From Gekko japonicus (taxonomy: Eukaryota), in assembly GCF_001447785.1 (NCBI RefSeq), contig NW_015166418.1, forward strand, positions 3,194,725-3,258,724: DNA of 64,000 bases, in the 5' to 3' direction. The notes beneath the pieces were generated by a model, which saw nothing but the letters and a program-made list of their open reading frames with translations, was not told the origin of the DNA and made no database searches. The stretch's first letter is position 1. Each line of letters begins with the position of its first letter. Positions 13,213 to 26,396 of this stretch are shown here, one piece after another. Position numbers and translations under genes: made by a program.

Positions 13213-14566
13213 TTTTATTTATTTATTTTATTCAACTTATACCCCGCCCTCCCTCTACCGAGGCAGCTCAGGGCGGCTTACATATATGTAAGGTGGGGTA
13301 TAAATAAAGTAAATAAAGTGTAGATGAAAACAAGGGGGCAAATTAAAGGTAGGTTGGTGGGTGGGAAGGAGAGAAGTAGGCATGGGGAGGTGAGGATATG
13401 GGAGTTGCAAAGAGGCAATAGTGTGGGGAGTGGAATAAAGGGGAAAGTATGGTGATCCCAACTCATTGTGGGTTCTCCACTATGCAACTGGGCCTGGCCC
13501 ATAGTTTTCTTGGGTAGATGCTACTGGGGAAGGAAAAGGTGAAGACAGGGTGTCATATACAGGTAGTCTGGCTAGTTTGTAGGAAGGAGAGAAGGAAGTA
13601 GGAAAAGTGGAGAGGCTATGGGGGCTTTCAGGAAAAGGAAAGAGGAAATAGTGGGGAAGAGCAAATGAGATGCCCCCTTGTACAGCAAAGTACCCTGTTT
13701 CCCCAATAGTGTTAATGTGGGCATTAGTGGACCTATTCCAGTGGCAGGTGTCTGTAATCAATCCATCTTGTCCACAGGCTCTTATCTCCTTTGAGGCCGG
13801 TGCCAAGAAGGTGGCAATTAGTTCTTCCTGAAAGCTTGTGATCTATGAGGGGAGAGGGGGGAGCACGAGCGATGATGCAATCTTCCAGAGAATTCCTGTG
13901 AATGTGAGCCCTGATTGGATCTGGGATGTCATCTGATGCCAGAGGGCCAAATATTATAATTGAGCTAGAGGTTAATGGGAGGGGGCTGCTGACTTGTTGA
14001 TTTTGTTGGACGGAGGCATGGACTATGCTGGATCATAGAGGAATGCTCAAGCCTCTGGCTTTGGACTCTAAAGTTCTGTGCCTGTGCCATCTGTCAAGTA
14101 TCAATGTGTTACACAGAGGAGTCGGCTTTTTTTTGTTTTCTGCCATTTAATCAAGTAGACTGTGTTGCCTAATGGTACTTCTTCTTTGGTTATTAAATAA
14201 ATCTCTTCCTATATTTTAAAGAAAAGGTCTGGTTTCTTGTGTGCCCATAGCTTCAGGGACCCTCAGGTCTGAACACAGCTGGCCTGTTAGAGGAGCTGTG
14301 GCTCAGGGAGACCCAGGTATGGGTCTTCACACCCCTGCAAGTCTTCGCGGGACCTCTACTTGTGAATCCTGTTTCATACACCTGGTTCAGATATGCTAGA
14401 CAAACTAGAAGTGTACCAAATTGCAGCAGCTGTGCAAACACAGTTTTGATATCCCCATCCCTGATAGCCAAGCACCTTTATGCATTGTACATAAACAAGA
14501 ATATAGGCAAGACAATGACTCAAACACATCAAACACGTTTTCAGTTAACAGCCTTTTAAAACCTAC

Positions 14567-14807
14567 CTGGTGCTATGAGCTGATGAATACTTGATGTTCG
14601 TGTAACTGTTGGACTTCGAGGCTCTGCAGTCGGGCTGTCTCCTTTTCTTTTACTTTCTAGAGGATCCGACTGGCTGGCTTTGGTACTGGTTATAGGTTTA
14701 TTAGGACACACAGCTAATGCCTGGGTTTGACTGCTGCCTTTTGGGGAGCCGTTCTGTGAACTAGACAAAACACCCAACTTCTGGCTGCGGAGTGTCAAAT
14801 TCTGGAC
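14567..14807 (-). CDS. PHC3: PHC3 coding exon 7 (VQNLTLRSQKLGVLSSSQNG...TRTSSIHQLIAP)
   Basis: tag|GTC...CCA G|gtagg, 241 nt; matches PHC3. Confidence 0.95.
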
Positions 14808-16960
14808 CTAAGAATGACAACAGAAAAAAAATGTTTAAAGATCTAAAATAAAATCTAATGTCCACAACAACTCGTTTAATATGATAAGCAGTGAGGTGCT
14901 GCAGTAAAATAGCAAGACCTAGGTTACAGTTGACACCCAACCACAAAGCCTACTCCATAAGCCTGAGCTAATTGTGCTCCTTCAGCCTCAGCTACCCCAT
15001 AAGGCTGTTCTGAGCATGACATGGAGAAGGGAACTGTCAACTGCATATGCTGTTCTGAGGTTTTAGACACGTAGGATAAAAAAATGTAATAAAGGAATAC
15101 CATAGCCTTATACCAAAACCAGAATAGCTCACACATCATAAGATAATTGTTAAACCCAAGATTTTATTTCCGTCAAAGACTCAGCTTTGCTATATATGAC
15201 AGTTAACAGCAGGGCTAGAGAAGTGGCATACAAATTTTCTAAATAAATCAATATGTTGCCAAGTACCGTACAAAGTAGAGATGTAGAGACCTTACAATAC
15301 ATGGACAAGACCAAGGAAACAAGTTTTCTCAGGGTCCACTTGAGTCCATCTGTGTCATGGCCAATGATACAGGTTTGTTCCCACTTTGTCCAATGGGGAC
15401 ATGCTTTGAACTCCTGGCTACCTGTGACCTGAGATTTCTCACCTTCAAGCCTTCCTGGTTGCAATGTACTCAATAGGAGTGTACATTTGGCATAAACCGA
15501 GCCGAAAAAATACCCCATGTTGCAAATTTGATGCCTCTAGCTCAAAAAGCAGCCCCCCCCCCCGCGCCCGGATCGATTCTCCATTATAGCCTATAGGGAC
15601 TACTGACTATAATGGTCGCTATAGGGTATAATGGAGCCAAAAAAATTCAGCAAGCCCAAATATTTTCCAAATCTGGATATCGTACTGGATTTGGAAATAT
15701 TGGGAAATACCAATATTTTTTGGGTTCAATATACCAGAACCTGAAAAACACATTTTTTTGCATACCCCTAGTGCTCAACAAAGAGATCCAGTGAATTCTA
15801 CTCTCTGCATGTATTCCCTCATTTGCGACTCCACAGGGGTCAAGAAGTCCTGTGCCCCAGATACTCTTTCTACCAAATGTTGTTTCTGAGTTCTGTCTGA
15901 ATCAGGATCTGGTCTTCCTCACTTACTTTCCTAAGCTAATCTCTAATGTAGGGAGAGCCTTGCATTCTCTGGATGACGACACTGTTTGGACAGAATTGAC
16001 CCTTGGGCCTCTTCTTGTGCTACTCAGGCCCAAAGAAAAGACAAAACGTCTCTTCCCAGAAACCCAACCCCTCAGTCACTGGTTCACAACTACTATTGAA
16101 TTCTATAATAAGTTCCCCATGAGCTTCTTCCTGGGGCAATCAGAGGTCATGCCTAGTGAACATTTCCCATATCATCAGCCAAGGGATCCTTCTCCCTCAA
16201 CTCTGCAGAGAACCCATTGGGCCAAGCCTTTAACATTCATGAGGCACTGTGCCTTAGGATCAAAACCAAAGCAGATGTATCCAATGCTATCTTCTCATAA
16301 CTGCACTGAACTTGTCTCCAGGTAGGTTACCATACTAATCTTACCTTGTGAGATGTACAGAGACCATGAAGAAGAAAAAGAGGCTGTTTGTAACTGCTTT
16401 TCTTTGAGTGGTCTTTGTGCATTCATGTGCACCTTCCTTTCCTGCAACAGGTGCTTTTAAGTTGCTATGGAGCTATGTTTTTGGGAACTGAGCAAGAAGA
16501 CAGAACTCCTCCCCCCTTGAACATGCACAGCTGAGACTGTGCCACTAAGAAGAATGTTGTGTGTGCCTAAAAGCTAGCTGCAGAGGTTCCCAAATCAAAG
16601 CTTTGCTCAGGTGCAAAGGCCATAAGTGTGATATACAATCGAAGATTACAAAGGAGCCAAAGAATTTGGGGGCCCTCTGCTGGCAAAAGAACAGGAATTA
16701 AGAAATCAAGTAAAAAAAGTAAGGAAGAAGCATAGAGTACAAAACATTTGTTTGGCTCCAGCCAAAATGAAGCATGACAAATATCTTTTAGAAATGTCAG
16801 AGTTGTAGAAATAAAAAAGGAAGGATGCTAAAAGATTTCATAGCAGATGCAAAAGAAAAAGAACACAGTTTAATCCGAAGTAGAGTCACCCTTCAAAGTC
16901 TACTTAAATCAAGGGGCTTAGAAAGATGCAACTCTGTTTAGGATTGCACATAGTCTTGGA

Positions 16961-17364
16961 CAGGGGTCAATTCGTAGAAAAAGAGGTGCAGGAGCTCATT
17001 AGCATAACTCATTTGCATATGCCACACACCCCGACATCACCGGAAGTGAGTCAGAAGGCAACATCCACCGCTCAGGCTCCACTGGACTATTTTGGATTGC
17101 TAGCTATTGGGGAGGGGGGAACGTGCAGATCTGTCCTCGCAGAGGAGGGAGAGCTTGTACCTGAATAAAACTTGGTCTTAAAGGTGCCACTGGACTGTTT
17201 TGGACCGGGGAGCCAGGGGGAGCTCTGCAACTTACCTGACTGCTTCTTTCTCTGACTGAGGGCTGCTGGGAGCAGGGGGTGGGGCTTGTTGCATGTGCCC
17301 ACCCCCCTGGGCTCTTTACTGCCGGAGCTCTGCTCCTGTGCGCTCCTGCAGGAAATGACCCCTG
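16961..17364. mobile_element. hAT-type non-autonomous element with 8-bp TSD GTCTTGGA
   Basis: TIRs CAGGGGTCAATT / AAATGACCCCTG; exact TSD at 16953-16960 and 17365-17372; a related end fragment lies near 10055-10129. Confidence 0.8.
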
Positions 17365-17702
17365 GTCTTGGAGAATAGCATAGCTGAGTTTCTTGGACAC
17401 TTTGGCTCAAGGAAGTTTTGTATATGCTCTTTGGCCTTTCTCTCTCTCTGTCTCTGTTATTCCCAACCACAGAGAAAGGTGCATACTCTTAACAGGGTAT
17501 CATGTCTACCTGATCAACATGATTCAGCATAACTTACTCAGAAAAGTCAGTCAGAGGGCACTGAAAATTGATGGATAGATTGATATGAAGTCGCCCAAAA
17601 GCAATTAAAAAACTGAACACATCAAGCTACTCTGAGTGGGGGAAAGCCAATGAAATCTTAATCTCCAAACCTCGAAGATAATATCGAAGTCATAGCAAGG
17701 TC

Positions 17703-17914
17703 CTATTTATTTTATTTATACCGTGCCTTCTCCCCAGTGTGGACCCAAAGTGGCTTTACATCAGTCTCTCCTCCTCCATTTTATCCTCACAATAACCCTG
17801 TGAGATAGGTTAGGCTGAGACTGTATGGCTGGCACAAGATCATCCAGCGAGCTTCCAAGAAATAGGAATTCGAACTCAGATCCTAGTCCGACACTCTAAC
17901 CACTACACCGGCTC
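17703..17914 (-). mobile_element. Squam3/CORE-like SINE
   Basis: Reverse complement of the family at 13004-13212. Confidence 0.7.
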
Positions 17915-18029
17915 TGTTAGTACAGTTGTCATCAGCATGCTGACAACATTCAGCTATATATTACTTTGAATAAACCACCACTCTGTCCCAGTGTCTCATT
18001 TTGGTGGTCAAGTAGCAGGGGGGAGAACA

Positions 18030-18790
18030 AACTGAAACCAAATCCAAATAAAATGAAGGTGATGCTGGCTGGAAGACCCACTGATCAAAATGGACTGTTC
18101 TACCACTCCATGGTGCAGTCTTTTGCTGACGGACTCTGTTAAGGGTCTGGTCTCCTGTTGGAAAGTTAGGAAGCAGGTTCCCTATTTGCAGAGGTCTGAA
18201 GGCCTCTTGTTCGGGGCTAGGTTACTGTAACCTATACTACATGGGGCTGCCCTTGAAGACAATCTGGAAACTACAGCTGGTGTAAAATGCAATAGCCCAT
18301 TTATTATTGAGGCCTCTCAACTGGCTGCAATTAGTTTCCAGTGCTGTGCTTACCTATAAAGCATTTCATTACCTGAGGCCCACGTATCTGAAGGACTGAC
18401 TCTCCTGGCACCTTCTCGTGTGGCAGCTTTAGTCTTCTCAGCAAGGTCTCTTGTCAGCACCTCCTTTATCTAAGGCACATTCTGCGATTGTTTAGGCTTC
18501 AGCTTTTCCAGGGGCTGCCTCATGTCCGTAGGACAGCCACCTGGAGGAGGTCACGGGGGCTCTTGCCCTCCTGGCTTTCAAGTGAGACTATAAGATTTAA
18601 TCCGGAGAGCTTTCGGAGGCAGCTCGAACCTGAGCAAGAAGAGGCATATTCTCCTTTGGGGCAGAAGGTGTTTCTAGGTGGCTTCTCAATATTGTTTTAA
18701 TCTCCATTTTTGGCAGATTGTTTTTATATTGTCATTACCTGTCTTTGGTCCTGATGTGCTCAGGAGAAAGGTGGGTATATAAACAAATAA
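18030..18790 (+). mobile_element. Decayed L2-type LINE 3' fragment (a second one near 40128-40400, minus strand)
   Basis: Encodes a YMGLPLKTIWKLQLV.NA-like motif typical of squamate L2 ORF2 C-termini. Confidence 0.6.
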
Positions 18791-19952
18791 ATGAGATTAT
18801 CTATCCTCTCCAGTACCACCAAACAGAACAGCACACTAAAAGAAGCCTAAAGGGCATATAACCTAGGTCACGGAAGACTCTAAGATCTCACTTCCTTCCC
18901 CGCAGCTCACTGTATTCTCTAAGGCAACTCAATAGGGCAAGCCAAGATGACTCAGGATACACAGAGAGTAGCTGCTCCACAACCATGGAATTCCAGTGCA
19001 CTGGGAAGCAAGCAAAATCCAAAGACAAAATGGTCCTGCCTAGGCTTCTTCTCCATGTATGTATGTATGCGTTAAGTCATTATAAGGTTAGGGTAGGGCT
19101 TTGTTTGTACTGAGATACACTGGGGTTGATCCATCGAGCTTTTCACTCAATCCCACCCGATTCCTTTCTTTACTTCAGCACCTGCTCAACCTGGCTTTGG
19201 TCCATGCAGGTTCCATGATCCCCAGCACTGCCTTTTTTGCTTAAAGGAAACCCCTCCTTCCTTTTTCTCTTGCTGAAACGTTGATTGGGTCCAGCTCACT
19301 ATGTTTTTAGCTGTTTTAATTTAGCTTCTAAGTAATTTCTTATTTATTTAAATCCAGGGAGCACAGCAGGCGGCAACATGAAGTGGCAGGGAAGTTTCAT
19401 CCAATTAATGCTGGCGGATTTGTGGTGCACAGGATCATTTCCGGTATATTTTATTTTTAATAACTAATAATAAAAACAGAAAGAAAAATGAAACTACAGG
19501 TAAAGGGGATACAAAGACAATATGGAATGGGAAACATGTTGATAGTAACAGAAAAGAAGCACCAGTTAGAAACGGCAAATTCAGTATTTGGGGGGGGGGG
19601 CATCATGTTAAGATTTTTTTTTTGGAGGCCTGAGATCAAAGAACCTACACAAAATGATTTTTAAATCTTTCCTTGCTAAACACTCGAAATCTGTGGAATA
19701 CTGAGTTTTATGCAATTGCAATAAAACATATTCATTTGTAGGAAAATGAAGCTTAGCATGGATAAACGCTTCCTTGATGATGTTCTGAAATTAATGAATA
19801 TTTAGGAACCAAAGTTATGAACTTCCATGTCTTTCAGCTTTTAATCTTTCTTGGTATACTTTTTATATGGGATTAAGCGATGGAAAATACAAAGTGAAGT
19901 TTTGTTAACCATGGTTAAGCATCACTGGCTGGTGGATGATACTGATGCTTTA

Positions 19953-20068
19953 TGATGTCACTGCTGTCATGGAAACCATATGTGCACACAAATGAAAATG
20001 CCACCTGCTAGTACAAGAGCATGGAAAGCTGAGAGAGGAGGCAACATCTTGAGTGGGGCAGGGTCAGC
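19953..20068 (+). promoter_or_regulatory. Conserved upstream module of AKAP4-like copy 1: CRE-like TGATGTCA (19953-19960), X-box-like GCTGTCATGGAAAC (19963-19976), uORF ATG GAA AGC TGA (20021-20032)
   Basis: Colinear, high-identity match to 33638-33753 upstream of copy 2. Confidence 0.75.
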
Positions 20069-20128
20069 AAAAACTGAAACAAGAACGCTCCACGACCCGG
20101 GGTACAATTCTGGTTTCGGACACCTGGT

Positions 20129-22210
20129 ATGGATCAGGAGACTGACTGGCTAAAAAGTCAAGCCGGTCTTTGCAAAGTAGATCTCTATAGCGCAGAAAGT
20201 CAGAAGGATCAGGATCGTAAAGTGATCTGCTTTGTTGATGTCTCCAGCCTTGACGTGAAAAACAAAAACCAGAAAAGCAAGAGAGCTATTGCTGCCCCTT
20301 CCCCCGAACTTGACCTGCGTAATCTTGAAGAGAAGGAAGTCATTGTAATAAAGGATAACGAGGGAAACCACTCCAATACTGAAGGAGCAGTTTGCCTTTT
20401 CAAGCAAGGCTCCTCTGACGAAGTCAACGTTGTGAGCTGGCTCAGCAACGACCTTCAGAAATACGCAGCTGGATTCCAGCATGCACTAACCCCCTCAAGG
20501 CATCATAAATCTTCTTACAATTCATCTGCAGTTGACAGGATGTCCCAGGGCAGCGACACATCATTTAGGGGCTCTGGGAGCCAAAGAGGAGACGACCTTT
20601 CCTATTACGTTAACAAGCTGTGTTCCTTAGTTGTTCAAATGGCACATAAAGAAATGAAGGATAAATTCGAAGGCAGTGGTAGGTGCATTCGCCAGTCAAT
20701 TAATCCCCGTGGATCTCCAAGCAAGGTTTCATCCAGTGATGAATATGGTAAGCTATCCCCAAAGACCTCTCATGACGATCCCCGGAAGGCTTCACTCTTT
20801 TATGGAGAGATGTCTAATCAGTCTAACCAGAATGCCTACAGACAGGGACAAGACAGACAGATGTGTCAAAGGAAACCGTCGGGAGTGTCGGATGATGGTT
20901 CTGTAAGCAAAGGGCTGATGGTGTATGCAAACCAGGTTGCTTCAGATATGATGTTCTCATTCATGAAGACCATGAAAGTCCAGAAAGGTAAGCATCCTCC
21001 ACCAGCTTGTGTAGTCTTAAAGAAGGTACTCCTCAAACACACCAGAGATGTCATATCTGACTTAATTGACTCCACCATGAAAAATCTACACAACGTCACA
21101 GGAGTACTCATGACAGACTCGGACTTTGTTAATACAGTGAAGAAGAACCTTTTCAATGTGGGAACCCAGAAGTCAACTGAGATTTTGGAAGCAATGGTGA
21201 AACGCTTATTTAAAGCACTGGCAGGGGATGATAAGCACAAATCTCAAAGCCTCGCATTTGCAGCACTGAAGGCAGGCGCTCACTCAGACTCCAGATCTCA
21301 GGGACTCCAATTTGCATCGCTTAAAGGTGAAATGCATGGCCCAGGGAGGGACAGAGGCAATGGACAGATGAGATCTCTTCCAAGTGGAAGCAAAGGCTCA
21401 GACAAGCACTGCTCAATGGATGTGTACGCTAAGGACCTTATTGTAACAGCATTAATGTTAATTCAGCAACACCTCCTGGAAAAAAACAAGGACCAAGGTA
21501 TCCGTGAGACCAACACCACATCATTTGGCTATGTTCATGACAAGTCTGGTGGTTCCAAATACTCTCAAAGACAAGGCGGCGGGAGGCAAGATGCTCACCT
21601 TGAATCACAAAAAGGTGATATATCGAGTATTCTCTTGTCAATCATCCAGAAAGTACTGAGAGAAGCTGGTTTCAGTTCGGATGAAGGGTCCCCCGACAGG
21701 GGCTATAAGCAGCCTCCCTTTAGTGAGAGCAGACAATACAGGGCTTCATCCAAATCAAATGGGAGCCCCGAGATGTACGACAACATGGAACAAATAAACA
21801 AACAGTTTATTGATCAGCTGGTGGAATCTGTGATGAAGCTGTGCTTGTTGATGGCTAACGGCAGCGATTTCGACGGAAGACTTGGAGGAAGACAGCTAGG
21901 TTCAACAAACTCTGAAGTGATTGTGAACAACCAGAATTCCAACAACAGTTCTCAGAACAAAGAGCTGCAAGCTGTGCTCCAGTGGCTGGTTGCTTCACAG
22001 TTCAATGTGCCTAATTTGACATTCATGAATGAGCAAGATGGTGACTTGACCAGGCTTCCTCAGCTGGCTGACAAAGCAGCCAAAAAAGGCTACAGCGTAG
22101 GAGATATAGTTCAGGAGGTGATGCGGTACTACGAGAAACAACAGATGGATGCCATGTCAGGGCAAATGCCTCGGTGTGGACTGGTCGATTGGCTCCTTGC
22201 TAACCTGTAA
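20129..22210 (+). CDS. Intronless AKAP4-like A-kinase anchoring protein, copy 1 (693 aa), nested antisense in PHC3 intron 6
   Basis: Uninterrupted ORF with AKAP3/AKAP4-family motifs: DWL.SQ.G.CKVDLY, QDRKVICFVDVS, TEG.VCLFKQ, DLQKYA.GFQHAL, SKGLMVYANQVASDMM, SDLIDS.MKNLHNVTGVLMTDSDFV, LQAVLQW..ASQFNVP, DWLLANL. Confidence 0.95.
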   Translation: MDQETDWLKSQAGLCKVDLYSAESQKDQDRKVICFVDVSSLDVKNKNQKSKRAIAAPSPELDLRNLEEKEVIVIKDNEGNHSNTEGAVCLFKQGSSDEVNVVSWLSNDLQKYAAGFQHALTPSRHHKSSYNSSAVDRMSQGSDTSFRGSGSQRGDDLSYYVNKLCSLVVQMAHKEMKDKFEGSGRCIRQSINPRGSPSKVSSSDEYGKLSPKTSHDDPRKASLFYGEMSNQSNQNAYRQGQDRQMCQRKPSGVSDDGSVSKGLMVYANQVASDMMFSFMKTMKVQKGKHPPPACVVLKKVLLKHTRDVISDLIDSTMKNLHNVTGVLMTDSDFVNTVKKNLFNVGTQKSTEILEAMVKRLFKALAGDDKHKSQSLAFAALKAGAHSDSRSQGLQFASLKGEMHGPGRDRGNGQMRSLPSGSKGSDKHCSMDVYAKDLIVTALMLIQQHLLEKNKDQGIRETNTTSFGYVHDKSGGSKYSQRQGGGRQDAHLESQKGDISSILLSIIQKVLREAGFSSDEGSPDRGYKQPPFSESRQYRASSKSNGSPEMYDNMEQINKQFIDQLVESVMKLCLLMANGSDFDGRLGGRQLGSTNSEVIVNNQNSNNSSQNKELQAVLQWLVASQFNVPNLTFMNEQDGDLTRLPQLADKAAKKGYSVGDIVQEVMRYYEKQQMDAMSGQMPRCGLVDWLLANL

Positions 22211-22389
22211 GAACCAACTCTTCCCTCTCATGTAACCAACTCTCCCCTCTCATGTTACTTGGTGCCCAGCTGAAGCGCCCAAACCATTCCTTCCTGGCGC
22301 AGAAGATCACCACCACTACAGCCCCATTGCAAGCAACAATGCATTGACTTGAACTGTCTGATTAAAATGGGTAGCTGGGCAAGCTCATC

Positions 22390-22413
22390 AATAAAAAAAG
22401 AATAAAAAAAAAA
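22390..22413 (+). terminator. Polyadenylation signal(s) of AKAP4-like copy 1 (AATAAA at 22390 and 22401) in an A-rich tract
   Basis: About 180 nt after the stop; preceded by AGCTGGGCAA..TCATC, which is shared with copy 2. Confidence 0.7.
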
Positions 22414-24629
22414 GTGAGGGGTAGACAGACTGTTTTATTGATCACTTCAACAAAGCTTTATAAACAGGTTCCATCTAGCTATATAATTATATATACTTGC
22501 CTAAGCAATCCAAAAATACTGCACTAAGAAAATCTGAACTGCAAGGTTTCGGTGCCACCCAGGATTTCTGGCATCCCCATAGGCTGATAAGGAAACTGGG
22601 GGAAGGGGGGAGTCAGAGAAAGACGGGGAAGGGAAAGCTGTGGGTGATTCCACCAAGTATGTTTTCACAGCAGTTCTTATTTTCAGCCACAACTGTCATG
22701 AAAGTAGTAGTTGCTACAACTTTCCAGCTGGCTCCAAATGAGATAGTGTTAATTTTGGAAAGAAGCGTTCTGTGGTCACTGTGAGAATCTTCTAGATCCA
22801 GAAAATAAATGAGAGGGTAACGCATTAGACTTCTCTGTTCTTAAAAGATCCTCTTGTCTTTCTCAGGGCAGGAAGAGAATTCAGCTAATAAGCTGTTGGG
22901 CAGACTGCTCACTGTGAGAGTTAAGGGAGACTCTCTCCACTTCTCTGGTTTTCCTGACACTGACGCAACCCGGTTGCTTACACTAAGGAAATGTATAAAC
23001 TCGGTATTGCTAAGGTGGGATTACACCATATTTCCTTTGTTCTACTGGTGAATCTTGTTCATTTTTCCTGGGCCTTATAGAATAATGTATCTAAAATATG
23101 AAGGGTCCCCCCCCCCCAAAGAGGCATACTGCTTGATGCCAAGAGGCAGGAGATTGGGGAAAATGAATGGGAGGCCCACAGTTTGAGCTCATGGAATACA
23201 GTTTGCTTCCATGAAACATCTAGATAGACCTATATTCTAGCTGCATTTGGTGCACCTTAGTTTCTCTTGCTCTCCCTGGCATATTAAACGTGCCTTCATA
23301 ATGACAGCCGTTTAATGCTAAACTGCAGGCAATAAAGGGCATTAAACAGAGATTATGGGAGCATCAGCCATTTTGAGCCTGTTGTGCACTGTCTTAGACC
23401 TGCATCTTGTTCATTCTTGCATAATGAAAAACAATTCATTAGCTGTGCTAGTTGGAAGCTTCAATAGTTATCGTCTGTGAACTAAACTGAACCCAACGTG
23501 TTAGTACACCACAGCACACTGTGGAAATTAAAAGCTCACTGGCACTTGTTTACAACGAGGAAGCTTGGAGACAGGAAGATGGAGACTACCGCAATAAACT
23601 TCTGCAGGTATTTTCAAGATACAGCTTGCCAATGAGTTTGCATTTAAATCTTTACATATTTTTCAGGTATAAAACATATTGCCATATATCCACGTCTCAT
23701 CCTTTAGGATGAGCAGTAAATACAGCTTGCAAATACTTCCTATTTTCTACCCTCCATGGTGCCATCTCCTGAGGCTATCGCCTTATATTTTGTTTCAAAA
23801 AGCACAGTTTTTCATAGGTAATTTATTTTCTGGTTCTGAAATCTGTACACAAGACACACCCAGTATCAGTGATTAACAGGCTTGGGGGTGTGACAGTAAA
23901 GACCCACTGAGGGGCCCCACAGGCAACTAGCATCACCATTTTGGCTCTCTCTTTGCCCAGTACTTCTGACCATACTAGCCCCCAGCCAAGGAAGAACACA
24001 CCTTAGCAATTCTTTACTCACTTGTGCAACCTCCTCCTCTCTTTAGAGCATCTCACATCTCACACTAACATACACCAAGCAAATTAAGAAGACAAATTGC
24101 TGAAATCATACAAGAGCTTCAAAAAACTGGAGTCAGCCTTGGTACAAGAGCATACACAAGCAAAGTGAGTATCTTTTAATGCAAAACTTTGCCTCCTTCC
24201 ACAGGGCAACAGTCTAAAAAAACTTATCACACCAGGTTTGGGAAAGATCTGAGCAAAATGGGGAAGTCTGGATAGTGGACAATTAGGAGATGACATTGTG
24301 TGAAGGCTAAAAAAACTCATTTAAGTCTACACTGGAGAAAACCTTAGTGTGGAAGCTACTTTTATTTAATGTGAAGGTCAGTATGATGCTCTAACAAATC
24401 TAATGGAAGCAAACAGGAGAAAAAGGCAAGAATATTCAGCAAGTGCAAGAAAGCTGGTACTCAATTGAGTATCTGGTACTCTAATGCGAGACAGACCATG
24501 AGCACAGGAGTATCTTGTACAAAGGTGCTGTTATTTTAGGAGACTGTTAGCAAATTTCAACACTACTCACTACCAGTATTCCTCTTTCTTAGCCAACCTG
24601 TTGCTTAGGCTCAGATTAAAAGTAACAAT

Positions 24630-26303
24630 GGTCCCGGTCACACGGGCCGGAAAATGCAGGGGGGAAGCGTGGCTGTTTGCCCCGGAGCAAAGTAACGCGC
24701 AGCAGCCTGATTACATGTCCCGTGGCAGTCCCATGAGTATGACGTTAAGTGCCGATCACATGGCTATCCTGCAGCGCGGCAAAGAAGCGGCGCGGCGCAA
24801 TCACGCTGGCAATTGCTAGGCGCCGTTTCCGTGGCAAACAAGAATTTTTTTCCCTCAGTGGAGGGGGGTAAGCAGTGGGGTACCACAGGGATCAGTACTT
24901 GGTCCACTGCTTTTTAACTTGTTCATTAATGATTTGGAGTTGGGAGTAAGCAGTGAAGTGGCTAAATTTGCAGATGATACGAAGTTGTTCAGGGTGGTGA
25001 AAACCAGTGAGGATTGTGAGGCACTCCAAAGGGATCTGTCAAAGATGGGCAAGTGAGCGTCAACATGGCAAATGGGGTTCAATGTGGCCAAGTGCAAGGT
25101 GATGCACATTGGAGCCAAAAATCCTAAATATAAATACACGTTGATGGGGTCTGAACTGGCAGAGACTGATCAAGAGAAAGATCTTGGAGTTGTAGTAGGT
25201 AACTCACTGAAAATGTCGAGACAGTGTGTGACTGCAATAAAGAAGGCCAATGCTATGCTGGGGATTATTAGGAAGGGTATTGAAAACAGATCAGCCAATA
25301 TCATAATGCCCCTATATAAATCAATGGTGCGACCTCATTTGGAATACTGTGTGCAATTCTGGTCACCACACCTTAAAAAGGATATTATAGCTTTGGAAAA
25401 AGTGAAGAAAAGGGCAACTCAAAGGATAAAAGGGTTGGAACACTTTCCCTATGAGGAAAGGTTAAGGCGCTTAGGGCTCTTTAGCTTGGAGAAACGACGA
25501 CTGAGGGGTGACATGATTGAGGTTTATAAGATTATGCATGGGAAAGAGCAGGTAGAGAAAGAGGTACTTTTCTCCCTTTCTCACAGTACAAGAACTCGTG
25601 GGCACTCCATGAAATTGCTGAGCAGTCGGGTTAGAACGGATAAAAGGAAGTACTTCTTCACCCAAAGAGTGATTAACACTTGGAATTCACTGCCACAGGA
25701 AGTGGTGGTGGCTACAAGCATGGACGGCTTCAAAAGGGAATTAGATAAGCATATGGAGCAGAGGTCCATCAGTGGCTATTAGCCACAAGGTATAGATAGG
25801 GACTCTGGGGCAAGTGATGCTCTGTCTTCTTGGTGCTTGGGGGGGGTCAACAGTGGGAGGGCTTCTAATGTCCTGGCCCCACTGGTGGACCTCCTGATGG
25901 CACTGGTATTTCTGGCCACAGAGTGTTGGACTGGATGGGCCTTTGGCCTGATCCAACATTGGCATCTCTTATGTTCTTATGTTCAGTGTGCGCATGTGCC
26001 AGTGGGCGTTTGTGCGCATCCTGTGGAGACTTAAAAAAAAAAATTCGGTTTGCGACAGGACATGGGCGGGCGCCGGATGCCATGGGATTCCAGGGGAAAC
26101 GCGATCAGATGCTGCCCTTGCCCCGCGTTTTCTGGAAACTAGCACATCGGATGTACTAGTTTTTTCCTCCGTATCTTTGGCAAGAAGCCACAGGTTAGTC
26201 ATGGGTGCACTACGCTTCCCAGATGTTGCGGTGTGATCGCACCCGGAAAAACTGCCTATCATCCGTATCTTTAGTGCGGCAAATGCTCCGTGTGAACGGG
26301 GCC
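24630..26303 (+). mobile_element. PIF/Harbinger-like MITE interrupted by the CR1
   Basis: Terminal inverted repeats (TIRs) GGTCCCGGTCACACGG / CCGTGTGAACGGGGCC with 3-bp AAT on both sides. The two halves are homologous to the uninterrupted copy at 47644-48152. Confidence 0.8.
24855..25982 (+). mobile_element. 5'-truncated CR1 LINE (C-terminal ORF2 plus 3' UTR)
   Basis: SGVPQGSVLGPLLF, KFADDTKL, LYKSMVRPHLEYCVQFWSP and YEERL..LGLFSLEKRRLRGD motifs; one in-frame stop near 25054; ends in CTTATGTTCTTATG repeats. Confidence 0.95.
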
Positions 26304-26396
26304 AATAATGTAAAACCATTTAACAATATAAACATTATGAACATACAAACAGAACACAGACATATAGAACGTCCTCACACCTATCTCTACTCAATG

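Noticed and set aside
13750-14380. Possible solo LTR (CCAAT/TATA/AATAAA-like order); similar impression at about 6460-6930
   Set aside because: I could not define TG...CA ends with a TSD or find a second copy.
20021-20128. Stop-codon readthrough from the uORF into the main AKAP ORF
   Set aside because: A second in-frame stop lies before the main ATG in both copies (TGA in copy 1, TAG in copy 2).
25072-25782. 236-aa ORF as a host gene
   Set aside because: It is the C-terminal part of CR1 ORF2 in a 5'-truncated element.
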